This document shows, piece after piece, positions 1 through 45,360 of a stretch of 64,000 nt of DNA; within the stretch, counting starts at the first letter, position 1, and every line of letters begins with the position of its first letter. Position numbers and translations under genes: made by a program. The stretch covers positions 10,726,001 to 10,790,000 of the forward strand of contig CM022668.1 of NCBI GenBank assembly GCA_012295275.1, given 5' to 3'. The stretch comes from Chrysomallon squamiferum. Its lineage: Eukaryota > Animalia > Mollusca. A model generated the notes under the pieces. The model was not told the origin of the DNA. It made no database searches and saw only the letters and a program-made list of their open reading frames with translations.

Positions 1-58
1 TCACTCAAACAAAGGTAATTGGTGCAATCAAAAAGACAGACACTTTTAAATATATAGG

Positions 59-171
<113 letters not shown>

Positions 172-341
172 ACCCATAGACAAATTGATATAGAAGTGTA
201 TTTCCATATTTTTACATGAACAGAAACAGACATTACAGTCAATATGTATAAACATCAACAATCAGTGTTAACGACAGAAGTGTATAATTATATTATAAAA
301 TAAAGCTGAGTATTAGATTAATAGTGATTAATGTGTTTCAG

Positions 342-6649
<6,308 letters not shown>

Positions 6650-7849
6650 CACCATCGTCAGTGAATTTGTCAGACATTTATAAAATGAAAATACATTTGG
6701 TTGAATTGTTTGTTTTATAATTCAAGACAATAGTGAATTTATCAGAATATTTTATGCAAAAAATCAACATGACAGCTAATTTGTTACAACATTTTGTATA
6801 TGTAGTTCGACAGAGAATATTTTGTTTTATTACTCAAGATGACAGTACATTTCTTAGAACCATTTTATTTTTCATATAGTTCGACAGTGATTTTCTTAGA
6901 ATAGTTCAGGACAGTGCTTAATTTGCAAATAATTGCAGTTTTAATCAGAATCGGAGTTAACCAGTGGTATGGTTTCTTGTATAGTAGAAGGAAAAAAATG
7001 TATCTGCTATGGTGGAATATAAGGGAACTCTTTATGCTATTAAAATAACCAAAACTGAAACATTGAATCGTTTTGTGTCTTTTCGACAAGTTAAAACTGA
7101 AAGGTTTAACTAAACAAGTAATCTATTTTAACATCATCAACAGCACACAAACACTCAAAGAAAACAACAACAATAGCATCAGCTATAGTAGTAGAAGTAG
7201 TAGATAGGACGTTGTAATAGTAACAATAATAACTTGATGATGACAGTGATGAAGACTAAGAATAGATAACTTCAGCTGCAAGAATAAATAAAGAAAGAAA
7301 GTAAGAAAGAAATAAAGAAAGAAAAAGAAGAAAAGAAAAGAGTAGTACCAGTGACAGCCACGACAGATGAAAAAGTAGAAGAAAAAAATAATAATAAAAA
7401 AGGAAGAAAATAAAATAAAATGCATTTAATATAGACTGAAAAAAAGAACTTTATGTCTACATATTTAATAATAATTGGTGAAAAAGTAGAAGAAAAAGAA
7501 AACAAAATAAAATTAAAAAAGAAGAAAAAATAATAAGTAAAATTTATATAATATTTATCACTATAAAATCAAATAAAATATTAATTATGTCTATAAATTT
7601 AATAATAATTTGTGAAGAATTATAAAATTCCGACTTCATTATCTCAGCTTAGGATTTCGCTGTTGTTAAATCAACTTCTGGTTGATCGTTCTCTTACAGT
7701 GTAATTTACCAATGTTCCAAATATATCATTACAAAGGGATAAACAGAAAAAGTGTGATCTTTTAACCTTTACTTTGACCTTAAAGTTCATCTTCTGGATC
7801 ACTTGACCTTCAAATAATTTTAAATGAAACATTTAGCCAAACGGTTTAG

Positions 7850-7894
<45 letters not shown>

Positions 7895-9025
7895 GGAATT
7901 ATAAGAGATATCGTTAGCCTGTAAGTCAATGTATACATACCTGAAAAGTGCTAATCCAGTACGAAAAATCTGATCTTGGAATAATCCTTTGATGCAGTTC
8001 TGGATCTCATCAGATGAAGTTCTGTGTCTCTTCAGTTGATATGTGTGACACTTAAAGTGTTCTGTGCTCAAAGATCGTACTTAACTGAGTTTGCTGAATT
8101 AATAGATATTGAGAAACTGACATATGAATAGTCACATTCATACCGAAAAAGATTTATCGGAAGCAAAACCACCCAAATGTTCCAATTACACCTAAATTCC
8201 ACAGTGGTTAATTATATGAAAGAACTAGAGGCCTCCATTATACTAATGTAACAAATAATAACTTTTTTGTGGAAACGACTACTACGAAGTTCAGTAATAT
8301 AATGTTTCCACTCAGAAATTAGGTAGGCGACCTTGCATCTGTCTTTAGCTTCTCAACGACAGAAGGATGGCACCCTCCGGAATTAGATTATTTATTTTGA
8401 AAGTAAAGACCTTTAAAAAATATGAAAGAGAGGTTTGTAAAGCCTGGTAAAATGACTTCATTTTCACAGGTCCATCCCCATCTTCAAATCAGTGATCCAT
8501 AACGCCGTAAGGAAGATAAACCGTGGGGTAATTAGTAGTAGCCTGGCGGGTTTCTGTAGCACCTTCCTTTGGATTATCATGGATTTAAAGCAACGTGTTC
8601 AATGAATGTAAAAGGTAAGAAAAGTCTTTACTACTCTAGATGACATCGATAAAATTTGAATATTTCTGAAGGTTTATTCACGTCATCATTTCCTCGTGAT
8701 GATCTTGATTATGCATTGAAACTCTTTCACCGAACTTTGTTTTATGTCGGCGGACAAAATATAACAACCGTCACCGTAAAGTCTGTGAATACTTCTTTAG
8801 TCTGTTTAATGATTGCAGAACATTTTGAGATATTTAATTTTTACACATTATCAGTCGATCATAATTATAATGAAAATAATGACATTTATAATGATGATGA
8901 TGATGTTAATAATAATAATAATAATCATAATAATAATAATAATAATAGGAGAACATGATTCACTTTAATTTAACATAAATAAGACTACATAATATGGACA
9001 GAACCTAATTGAAAATAAATAATTA

Positions 9026-9798
9026 CATTGGTGCCTTTGACTTATAAGTTTAATTCGTTCCGTGACCGAGCTCGTAACTCAATTTGCTCGTATATCAAAT
9101 CAATTTTCCCATCTGAAATTAATTGACGTACCACTAATCCATTCTAGCCCCTCAAAATCCACCCGAATTTTTATTATTATTTTTTTAATTTAATAGGAAA
9201 AACGTGCTTTTAAATAGGAAAACTGTATTTATAAATGACAAATATTCTACAAAAGCAAAATAAAAGAGAATGTAAAGAAATAAATTGGTTTTGTAAAGTG
9301 TATTTATCTTGGAGATCAGACAAATTATTTTAACGCCTTTGGTTAGAGATACAGTCTTTATCGACTCCTGCTTCAGTATGGTAAATATCGTAGAAATAAT
9401 ACGCTCATACTGCCTAGCCATGTTGACTACACGCACATCCCGCTCATGTTTTCATGATTTCATGCTTTAATTCAATGGATATCATCCGCTTCGTCTTCTC
9501 TGCATTGTGCTTTGCACTCACTTTCTTAGGATCCATGGTATGAAAAAAGAAATTTGGTAAAATACCGCACAAAACCCAAACACGATACAACAGAGATGCT
9601 TCCGCTGTGAGGTACACGTGAAATAAACAAGTGAGACGCGGGATGCTGGGCGGATGGTATGTTGTTCGTTGCGCCAACTAGCGACGGCGTATCCTGACCT
9701 CGCTCGGAACTCAAATTTTGGCTCGCAACTCGACCGGGCAACTCCTCGTAACTCGAAAAACTCGTAAGTTGGTACACTCGTAACTCGAGGTACCACTG
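9026..9798 (-). mobile_element. Internally deleted Tigger/pogo-family DNA transposon
   Basis: Imperfect TIRs (CATTGGTGCCTTTGACTTATAAG vs reverse complement of the right end CAGTGGTACCTCGAGTTACGAG), flanked by TA on both sides. Minus-strand frameshifted CENP-B/psq-type HTH N-terminus: MDPKKVSAKHNAEKTKRMISIELKHEIMK / VRVVNMARQYERIISTIFTILKQESIK. No DDE domain. Confidence 0.85.
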
Positions 9799-10096
9799 TA
9801 TTTGATAACGTAATCTCATTCATAACAACACAAATTAATTGTCTAATATGAAAATACAAACAGATTATATCAGAACTGCACTAAATATCAGTCATAATGC
9901 GATAGAAAATTGAACACCGTTCACGGTGTTTATTTAATGCAGAAATAGTCAGTAATGCTCTAGGAAACGAGTACGAAAACAGAAACCATAAGAAAAAAAA
10001 AATAAAATGAAGAAATAATTAACGGATAAATAAATAATTAAAAACAAAATATGAGAATAGAGGTAATAAAATTATAAAATAATAAAATAATAATAA

Positions 10097-10750
10097 ACTG
10101 TTCTCTGCTGAAGACAGTCAGCCGTTATTTACTCATTCCAAACTGTGAACTATTCTCTCTTTAAGCTAGTCAACCGTTATTTACTCATTCCAAACTGTGA
10201 ACTATTCTCTCTTTAAGCTAGTCATCCGTTATTTACTCATTCCAAACTGTGAACTATTCTCTCTTTAAGCTAGTCAACCGTTATTTACTCATTCCAAACT
10301 GTGAACTATTCTCTCTTTAAGCTAGTCATCCGTTATTTACTCATTCCAAACTGTGAACTATTCTCTCTTTAAGCTAGTCAACCGTTATTTACTCATTCCA
10401 AACTGTGAACTATTCTCTCTTTAAGCTAGTCAACCGTTATTTACTTATTCCAAACTGTGAACTATTCTCTCTTTAAGCTAGTCAACCGTTATTTAATTCC
10501 AAACTGTGAACTATTCTCTCTTTAAGCTAGTCAACCGTTATTTACTCATTCCAAACTGTGAACTATTCTCTCTTTAAGCTAGTCAACCGTTATTTACTTA
10601 TTCCAAACTGTGAACTATTCTCTCTTTAAGCTAGTCAACCGTTATTTACTTATTCCAAACTGTGAACTATTCTCTCTTTAAGCTAGTCAACCGTTATTTA
10701 CTCATTCCACACTGTGAACTATTCTCTCTTGAAGACAGTCAGCCGTTATT
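10097..10750. repeat. 53-bp minisatellite, about 12 near-identical copies, just downstream of the gene 1 stop
   Basis: Unit AACTGTGAACTATTCTCTCTTTAAGCTAGTCAACCGTTATTTACTCATTCCAA repeated head-to-tail with no unique spacers. Confidence 0.95.
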
Positions 10751-10958
10751 CACTCAGTCCAAACAGTTAACTATTGTCTCTATGAGCCCAAACGTGAGCC
10801 GTTATTTATTCATGCCAAAATGTGAGAACTGCTTGACCATTCCAAAATGTGAAACAAAATTTCTGCATCATTTGTTGAAGCCAAAATGCGAGTATTATTT
10901 CGACAAGCCAAAACACGAACTATTAATTCCTCATGTCACAGTGTCAGACATTAATATT

Positions 10959-24073
<13,115 letters not shown>

Positions 24074-24975
24074 CTCAGTAAAAGCAAAATACCTGTAAAT
24101 ACATAAGAACGTTCGTACGTACTACTACTACTATTATTACTATTTGTACTGCTATTTCTACTACTAATGCTGATGTTACTTCAATTACTATCACAGTTAT
24201 TGCTGCTGCTTTTGCTACTGCTACTGTTACTGCTACCAATACTACTAGTAATACTAATGTACTACTGCTGAAGATATAGCTGACGTATTTCCCCCTCTAC
24301 TTATTTATTTTTTAATGCCTGGTGGTTCTTTAAATACTTACTGCAACATCATTAATAAACGAAAACTAGAATCAAAGATACTGTTAAAGTTTATGTGTAG
24401 GGACTTTTTTTTATAAAATATTTTTTTTTGTTTTATTGTTTTCAGTGACGTACTATTGCTTGCAAAAAGTGTGACAATAAAATAAAACTGTTAGATACAT
24501 TTACTATATCTAATCGATACTTTTTTGTTGTTATACTATCTAACTAAAATTGAACGCCCAAACCATACCCTCTATCAAATTCATTATTATAGTATGTTAA
24601 TATGGAAAATTATATGATCTGCTTAGTACATGTTTAAGAATGAAAATAATTCAGAAAATTAATTATTTATTTATTTTTTATCCTCATATTTTGGTTAAAG
24701 GAAAGTCTAAAATGAAAGTCTGCTGTAAATTTTATTGTGTAACTAATAAATAAGAAAACATATATATCCATACATGCACATACAAACATATATACATCAA
24801 TACTGCGTGGTATAATTATTTCATTTGCAAATAAATAAATAAAGAAATAACGCCACTTTTATTAATATTTATTAGAGGTAAAAATGTATTTTTAAAAAAT
24901 CTTAATAATTAACTTTAAAAATAGAAAATTAAAATGAAATAATAAAATAAAGTAAAATAAATCATTTTATCTTAC

Positions 24976-25130
24976 CTTAAAGTATTAGAGATATAGGTAC
25001 AACAAAGCTATAATGAAATTATATTTCAAGTTGAAAAATAATACTTTCAGATCTATAAGAAAGTTCTTCAGTGAAGAAGAAAACAAATTCTCATCTTCTG
25101 ACGTCAGATGTTATTCCGGAAATTGCGTCA
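24976..25130 (-). promoter_or_regulatory. Putative promoter / non-coding exon 1 of gene 1 with TGACGCAAT and CRE (TGACGTCA)
   Basis: On the minus strand: TGACGCAATTTCC (from 25130), TGACGTCA (25099-25106), then a strong donor AAG|GTAAGA at 24975. The SP exon has an upstream acceptor (24093). Confidence 0.55.
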
Positions 25131-25172
25131 ATATGGACCTACGACTCAGGGGAAGGGGGAGGCAACTGAGAA

Positions 25173-25209
<37 letters not shown>

Positions 25210-26059
25210 GCAGATTAACAATTATGGCAAACAGATTGACTGATAATAGTAAAATAAAATAGTTCTTTAAACTTGAATGTTGTATGAGTTTGTCTTCGAA
25301 CAGTGAAAAATGTGTGTTTATAAATAAATGAACACATAAATAAATAAATAAAAATAAAATAATAAACAAACAAATAAATAAATACAAACAAAAAAGTAAC
25401 AAGCATATCTATTATAAATCTTAGTAAATAAATATTATTTACATGTTTATTTATCTATTTGGTGATTAATTTATTCCTGATGGTAACAACAACGAAAATG
25501 AATACAAAATTCTCTCTTTCTTTCTGTATCATTCTCTCCGTCAGTCTGTCTGTCTTACTGTCTGACTCTCTATCTCTTTCTCTGTCTCTCTCTGTCTCTT
25601 TCTTTTTCTGTGTCTGTCTGTATGTCTGTCTCTCTCTATCTCAATCTGCTTACGTTAAATTATTTTAACAATTTTTCACTTCTGTCGCTACCTCTCTCTT
25701 GGCTGTCAGTATTCATACTAATTATTCGTTGTTTTATAGGAATCATTAGAGTTAATATTTCTCGTCCAGAATATAATTTAAACAAACAAACACTCAAACA
25801 AACAAACAAACGAATACAAAAATAAATAAATAAATAAATAAATAACTTGAAAAGTTAACTAAAAGTAAAACAAATAAATTGTTAAATAAAGGTTTAAACG
25901 AATACAAAATCTGAACAAATATACTAATTCCAATTTCCACTGAAAGCACACACACACACACAAAACAAAAAGCAAATCAGAAACAAATTATTAGTAATAA
26001 TAAATAAACGTTATCAGTAAAATTAAATGAATAACAGTATAACGAAAAGTATTAACGCA

Positions 26060-26175
26060 TCTTTCTCCAGGATGACGTCAGAATATGACGTTAGTTTCTC
26101 TTGCTTCTTGAGATCAGAACGCCACAGAAAAATTAATTTATAACAAATATTGTTGTACTTGTTCTCTGAGGTAAG
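26060..26175 (+). promoter_or_regulatory. Putative promoter / non-coding exon 1 of gene 2 (CRE + half CRE)
   Basis: TGACGTCA 26073-26080, TGACGT 26086, donor GAG|GTAAGC at 26171. Confidence 0.55.
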
Positions 26176-27050
26176 CTAAAAGGTTTCGAGTTTAGGTCGA
26201 CTTTTTGTACTAGTGTGGATAACACGTTAATTAGTTAACCCTTCTGAAATTAAATTAGCTTCTTTATTTTCTATGATAATTATATATTTGCATATTTTAA
26301 TTCACGAGCTAGCTAAATGGTTAGGTTGGTCTCTGTGAAATGGCTTGTTTAATATGCCTGAAGAGTTGTTATACTTTAAGATTCATTCTTCTGTTGTAAA
26401 TACTGTAGCTAGTACTTCTACTCTTTTACATGGTTTTCTTCTGTTGTTACGAAAGGATTCATTAACTAGATCTGGCTTTGTTTTTTTGTTTTATTATTCT
26501 ATTAGCTGCCCCCAATAACAAACTGCATTTTCAGATTAGGGGTAAAAAATTAAAGAAACAAAGAAACAAATATTCGTGGAGAGGCTTATAAAGTCTACTG
26601 CACTGTCAGCCGTACGAATCTAAACGTGTCTGGTTCCAGTGGTTTACATAAAAATGTGAAACGTAAGAGTCAGACGCAAAGGCTAATTTCTGTCGTTATT
26701 AATTAAGGGTTGTCTATGTATTTATTTATTTATTTATTTATTGTTTTATATCCAGACAACCTGGTATTCAGTGATCAAATTGCAGCATGTTAGTATTTGT
26801 TGTATGATATTCTGGATGGGGTGGACAGTAGATGAATGACAAGTTTTACTTTCTCGAGCTAACAGCGAACACTTTCACTGTGATGAAATTAATTTCAATT
26901 TTTACTATAGTGGAAATAGAAATAGCATATGCAATTTAGTATTACCATTTCATTCATATTATTATTATTATTGTTATTATTGTTGTTGTTGTTGTTGTTG
27001 TTGTGTTGTTGTTGTTGTCGTTGCTGCTGTTGTAGCTGTAGTTATTGTTA

Positions 27051-27085
<35 letters not shown>

Positions 27086-27116
27086 GTACAGATTACTAAT
27101 ATCAACAAAGACAAAA

Positions 27117-38566
<11,450 letters not shown>

Positions 38567-39061
38567 AGGTATACTCTACTTTATTTAACGTCCAATATAT
38601 ATATATATATGATGGTTTTTTGAGGTATTTTATCGTTTCAGGTATATATTACGTCACAGATTTACACACGCATATAGCTAATACATTCTTCGTTTTTTTG
38701 CCATGTTTTTCAGATACCAGTTACTTGTTCGTTATGGTGCAAGTTTTTCTGGAAAATGTTATCACTTGAATTAATGTCCGCTTTATATAGTAACTGGTAT
38801 TATCTGAGTTTTCTAAGTAACAAGAGCAAACTGTATGTATGTATGTATGTGTGTATGTATGTATGTATGTATGTATGTATGTATGTATGTATGTATGTAT
38901 GGATGTTTGTTTGTTTCTTTATTTCTATGGAATTTTATGCACAAAAATAAAGCTGACTGTCATTGAAAGTTAGTAGTAACAGTTATTTGAAATAAGTCAG
39001 TGTAAATAGCTTACTTACAATACATATCTATCAGTATCCTTCTATATCTATATCGATATCT

Positions 39062-39158
<97 letters not shown>

Positions 39159-39814
39159 ATATATATATATATATATATTCGTATATATGCAAGATATTGA
39201 AAACTAATATTATCACAGGTACTTTTGATTTATTTTATAAAATGCAATAGCATCTAAATAATATAAAATAAGATACGAATGGAATGCATATATCTATGAA
39301 TGTATTTTTTTTGAAGTACGAGGTGTATATAAGTATATATGTGTGCTCGTTAATATATATCATTCAGTTATTTGCAAAAGATATATTGACAGTATTCTAC
39401 TGTATATATTTGTATTTCTATACTGTTAAATGGTTATTGTACTTATTAATGTGATTATTACTTGTTGTTGCTTTTTCAATCTTACGTAATTCATTTTACA
39501 GGGTTTTTTTCCATTGTATATAATTACATTCTAGTATGAAATCATTTGTGCATGAGGTAGTTAATTAGAAAGTATGTATTTTTATTATCGTTATACTTAT
39601 TATTAGATATTTAAAATAACAAGAACAACAATAAAATAATAATAATAATACACTGAAAATCAAAAATAAAACATATTGCCTAGGACTGATGGATGGAGAC
39701 ATACTGAAACACGAACTATGTAATAATTAAACCGTGATCGTCTTAATCGTTTTGTTCTTATTTTACAATCTGTTGTGCATGTTAATCATTATGTTGCACC
39801 CTAACAGAACATTA

Positions 39815-40600
39815 CATAGCACAACAGTAGCCATAAGCAATAACTCGATTTTTCTTATAAACAAATTGTCTATATCGTCATTACACGTGTGTGGTCAGCT
39901 GTCGTCTTTAAAATCTGTTATTTTTGCCATCAGAAGCTCTCCAACTTTGAACTAGTCGCAGATTAACTGGCAGTCCTCCCTATAACCTAGATATAAATAT
40001 ATGTTACAATGAGATTAAAGCAACTGAAAGAGCAGCATAACAACAACAATAACAACAGTTTTTAGAATGATTGTTGGTAGCCTAATGATTATGTCTGTGA
40101 TAGTAGACTGATTCTTCCTTGAGCATAGTATTTCTTCTGACAATGACAATGTGTAGAATGTGGATCACTACACTTTTTCAGCACCTCAAAATACATTTAC
40201 TGTTTTTCTCATCTACATGTAATAAATTATATATACTGAGTAAACCATCGTACCTTGACAGGGCAGAGGTAACTCCACAAGGAACCCACAAAATAAATAA
40301 AAGGTACTATTAATAAAATAAAATAAAATAAAATAAAATAAATAAATAAACAAACAGATGTTCTCAGTCATATTTGAGCTATTTCTTCCATCTATAGCTC
40401 TCCAAGCTACTTTCTCATACACTGTACTTGACTGAAAGGCATGTCTCCTCAAAGCCTAGTTTTTTGTATCTAAAAAGTACACATTAAAGTTATCTAACCT
40501 AGAAATAATCCCTCGACTTATGAAAATGAAATAATAAGACATATATAATCTTAAAGAGTAATTATTTATTAGCTTCCACATCTCCCTATAGTATCATCAT
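39815..40600 (-). pseudogene. Collapsed remnant of the 5' half of gene 1 (fragments of FTL1a, FTL1b, FTL2a exons plus intron sequence)
   Basis: 40357-40480 matches 23690-23815 (RRHAFQSSTVYEKVAWRAIDGRNSSNMTEN vs RRYAFQSSTLYQNLAWRAIDGRNSSYMTEN), with the conserved Trp TGG changed to TAG. 40175-40275 matches 22958-23058 including intron. 39815-39990 resembles 22295-22515 with deletions. Order and strand are the same as gene 1. Confidence 0.85.
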
Positions 40601-41579
40601 CCTTATATGCTGATGTGTATAAAAGCCACTGAAGACTTTGTCAGGTAGATTCTAATAAGATAGATGTTGTTAGAAGTTAATTTCTTCCTCAGCAGTTAGT
40701 ACATCAACACCTACCTACAAATACTGCAATGAACTACTCAATAACAATTATTTTTTAAATTTATTTTTTAAATAATCACTGATATATAAAATGCATATGG
40801 TCAATAAATAAAATAAAAAAAAAAGTCTTATAATAAGAATTCTGAAGAAAACAAAAATAAGAAAAAAGCAAATAATAATAAAAACATAAATAATAAAAAT
40901 AAACACAGAAAATCGGTCTTTTCTGTCATTGCAGATAATTTAGACGAACTACCAGGGACACAATGCGCTTTAAATAGTAATTTAAACATGAATATTCATG
41001 AAGTATTACTAGTATGAATATTCATTAGCACCTTCACTGCTGTCGCTCTGGACGTGTTGTGTCTGTCGTACTCACTAGAGAGACAGAGTAGCCATGACAG
41101 CTTCATACTGTGTTTCACACGAAACTGATAATTAAACTATCTCAAAAATGTTAAAATTGTCTTGACGGATGGCTAAACAGAACCCTAATTATTTGATAAT
41201 GTCGGCAATTAAAGGCAGGTTATTTAATTATTCTAATTATTGATACACGTGAATTCGAAATCACGTACCTCTAACATCATTCATCCCGCTCCAGTAATTA
41301 GCATAGTTATTTTTATTTATTATTTTTTTTTTTTTAGCTTTTGTCGTTGGTTTATATATTTTTACCCCTATTTTATTAACAGAGACTAGATACTCATAAG
41401 AATACATACATGTACATTTATTAATTTAATAAGATTTTCTATGGCTAACATGCAGAAAACAAATGTATCTAATAAAAGTAGTTTCATGAAATCCATCTTT
41501 CAATGATAAAACAAAAAACGAACTTATCTATCTTCACCAGTTTAGAAAAAAAAATAAAATAATTAAAAAATGACAGTAA

Positions 41580-41730
41580 TACGAAAAATATTAATCCAAC
41601 TTCCTCCAGAATGACGTCAGAATATGACGTTAATATCTGCCGCATCATAAGGTCAGAATGCCATCTAAAAATTAAGTTTGGACAAAATGTTAATATTGTT
41701 GCACTTGGTCTTTGAGCTAAGATGAAAGGT
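41580..41730 (+). promoter_or_regulatory. Duplicate of the gene 2 promoter/exon 1 with a mutated splice donor
   Basis: ATGACGTCAGAATATGACGTTA is identical to 26072-26093 and the downstream sequence aligns. The donor GAG|GTAAG has become GAG|CTAAG at 41717. Confidence 0.6.
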
Positions 41731-41874
41731 TTTCTTCCTCCTACGGGATGATTCAAATGTTAAATCTTGTTGGATCTTAGTATGGTAGAGCAACTTCCAA
41801 ATGTTGCATCGATGTAGAATTTTGAGTTTAGATTTGTACTCACTGTAGATACGTTCACTTTTCTTTTATACGAC

Positions 41875-41920
<46 letters not shown>

Positions 41921-42136
41921 CATTATTATATTTCACTTTATTTCTCAAATAATATTGAAAAGGTGATAAAAGAAGAAAAATTTAATTCTGATTATTATTA
42001 TTATTTGTTTATATATATATATTGCTATATATTTATGATGATGATAATGGTGACGATGATGACGATATTTATTTGATGATCAGGTTTAGTAAGTTTTTTT
42101 CATTGTATTTAATAATGTTCGAGTATTAAATCGGAT

Positions 42137-42653
42137 TATTCCCGATTTTGGCAGTGAGATTATAACACATCTTAACTGGACACGCCAGTTGTTCCATTTC
42201 TGGCAGTTTATTGCTCACCCTTACTAATTGGTGTTCCGTCACCTTAATTCATGGCCCATCGCCTTAATTGATGCTCTTTTGTTAAACTGTATTTTGTCTA
42301 CAATTTGAAAGCACATTCAGTAACACTTTACACACGAAATGTCCCAGAAAGCACTCCACCGCAAACAGGAAGCCGTGTCCCGTGAACACGTGACGTATTC
42401 CAATCCCAGCTGGAAGAGCTTGTGCTTGTCTTCTAGTAGTATTTCCTGTCTTCAAACATTAATTTTCTTGCAGTCTCGATTCCGGCTCACCTTTGCTCTT
42501 CACTGCTCGTTAAGGTTAATGTCGTTAATCGCCGCCTCTGTTCTTCATGCCTCTAAATTGGCCTTAATTGCTCACGCCAGTTTTCCCATTTCTGGAAGCG
42601 GATTAGAACAACTCACTGCTTACCTAATCTGGAGACTGCCAATTTTGGGAACA
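42137..42653. mobile_element. Possible non-autonomous DNA transposon (MITE-like)
   Basis: GC-richer island with imperfect terminal inverted repeats (TATTCCCGATTTTGGCAGT vs reverse complement TGTTCCCAAAATTGGCAGT) and an internal repeat CACGCCAGTT..CCATTTCTGG at 42181 and 42573. Confidence 0.4.
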
Positions 42654-42916
42654 TACCATAAAATCATTTATGCCTGAGAAAATGTATTAGAAAGTATTAT
42701 TTCTTGTTCTGATGATTCCTATTAGATATTTTATTTGAAAAATATCTAGAGAAAAAACCATTTGAAAGAAATTGTGAAGTTGTATTCATTAAAAGTACAA
42801 AATTAAATATTTATTACAAGTAACTTTGGCGTCTTCTGTAAAATATACGTATTCGAATTTGTATTTATTTGTTGTAATTGTTTCTGAGATTAGTATTGTT
42901 GTTGTTGCTGTTGTTG

Positions 42917-42948
<32 letters not shown>

Positions 42949-43034
42949 TATTACTATTATTGTAGTTCTATTGTTTTATTTTATTTTATTTTATTTTTCG
43001 TTATTTTTGTTTGTTTATTTATTATTATTATTTC

Positions 43035-43079
<45 letters not shown>

Positions 43080-43547
43080 GTGCTTTTTCTTTGTAATTTC
43101 CATAAAGTCCTGCGTTTATTGTTTCTAACAATACTTTATTTTAACAGAAAAGATAAACGGATTTTTATCTGAACTTGCTGATCAAGTAAGAACTGATCAG
43201 TGTATGATTATGGGATACAACGCATTAATTCATCAGATGAAACTGAAAACAAATAGTATACTATGCATAGGACTTGTCTAACGATTTATTTTATTTATAC
43301 CCATACATATATTTACTAAACCGTTTATGAGGGTTTGACTTTATGTCCACGTGTACTGATTACCTCAGACTGTATGTTTTGTTAATTCGTTCAAGTTCGC
43401 CGTTGTTTGCTCAGACTATTTTAGATAAGCTCGTGGCTGGTACTTATTGTGACGTGTCGAATGAACTGGTTTACTTCAGTACCCTGTACTTTAAGGCCAT
43501 CAGATACGTGCACTTTTAGCCAGATATGCCTTTTTTTGTAATATAGT

Positions 43548-43643
43548 TGACGCAATTTCCTGTTTTCCTATGTGACGTCAGAAAAATGATGTGGCTATTT
43601 TTGTCTGATTATAGAAATTAACTAATTGTATTTTGAGGTGAGA
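43548..43643 (+). promoter_or_regulatory. Putative promoter / non-coding exon 1 of gene 3
   Basis: TGACGCAATTTCC 43548-43560, TGACGTCA 43573-43580, donor GAG|GTGAGA at 43638. The motif pair and spacing resemble the gene 1 promoter. Confidence 0.5.
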
Positions 43644-45258
43644 TTTAATTCTTCTTCTTATATCGTTATAATTATTATTTTTTTCTTTTACAAGAGTTAG
43701 AACTCAGACTTAAAGTTAGGTAAATCTCACTAACTTTAGATAAAGGTAATGACGCTTATATATCGACAGAACGTACCAAAGATTGTGTGTTGTGTTTTAT
43801 TATTTTATTTTATTTCAGTTTTATTTCAGTTTATTTATTTATATTTATTTACTTTTTATTTTGACATTATAATGTTTATTTAGTTATTTATTATTTTATT
43901 TTATTTTATTATTTTTATTTATTTATTTGTTTATTATTTTTAAAAAGTTATTTGAAACTAGTCCATGAACTAATTTTCATCTCGAGAGTTCAGAATGGTT
44001 ATGATTTGGGCATCATTTTACAGAGCAGGAGCTGACCCAGGTCTCGTGTATTCAGAAGGTTTAATGGTGCATTTAATCTTAGCAACAACTACGACTGTCG
44101 TAGTATATACGGATGATGATGGCGATATCAGTGTAAAGCAAAAGTAATTACACATCGTGGTACTTAATCCATGATCCAAATAAACATAAAAAGTTAAATT
44201 CTGCGATGAGTAGATGTCATTTTAAATAGAGACGTCTTAACAAATGTAATATCGTCTTTATAGGAAAAGGACTAATTCTGATTATGAAATGCAATATTTG
44301 TCAAGTTGGCCGCGATATTTGAGTATATATTTTTGGACACCTTGCAAGTAGAAAATCCGATGACTGATTTAGTATTAGTCTCACACAGTGAATATGTTAA
44401 GAAATCAGAGTTTCATGCATAATCATATTCTTCCATAAATAATACAGTCTGACTAGCAGTCTCGAAAAAATGATATCGATGATTCATGGGAACGGATCTA
44501 TTAAAAATGCCTTTCTGCAGTTTACATAATTGCAGTGTGCACAAACTAAATAAAATAAAATGAAGCCTCCATCATAAGTTACTGTTGATAATATTAAAAA
44601 AAAATATATATAGTAATCAGTGCATGAACATTTTATCAGTGCAGTTTCATATGCGTTCATTGTAAAGGATAGGCTTAAAACATTTGTTTGTTGTCTAACG
44701 TTTTGCTATATGTTTAAGTTGAAAAACAAATACAGGATGGCTGCCAGTGATATGGAAAATCGACAATTTCTGAATCAATAATTCCTGTAAGATGTTTGTG
44801 CTGGTTTGTAATCCTCATTCTCTTGGTATAGGAAACAATTCAAAGAGATACGCACATCCTACAGCTACTACAGCATACTAAGGAAAAACATAGCTTGGTG
44901 ACAAAGCAGTGTTTACCAAGGTTTTTGACTGTTTATTGAAATTAACTGTTTGAAAGAGAATGCTTGCTTACAGAAAAAAAAGAAGAAAAAAAGTGACCGT
45001 TCACAAAATAATTATTACCAAAATTTAAAATGTTAATCAGTGCATTTGCCTAAGTAAAGTGAAAAATAAAATGTAAAACAAAAGTTTGAAACTGACACTG
45101 TTAGTATAATGTTATATCTCAGAAATAATTAGTAGATAAATGATAGGATTATGCACAATGTCGGTCCATGAATTAAATATTTCTAGTTTTACTTACGAAG
45201 TAGTCCAAACAAGAATTACCACTGAATCTTTTCATTACTTCGGATTTTTATTTTTCAT

Positions 45259-45324
<66 letters not shown>

Positions 45325-45327
45325 TAT

Positions 45328-45360
<33 letters not shown>

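Noticed and set aside
7900-8830. Complex-looking intergenic sequence between the PTP gene and gene 1 (possible exon or element)
   Set aside because: No recognisable protein motif, consistent splice pattern or paired termini.
10097-10750. CRISPR-like regular array
   Set aside because: Units are contiguous and near-identical with no unique spacers, there are no cas genes, and the context is eukaryotic. It is a minisatellite.
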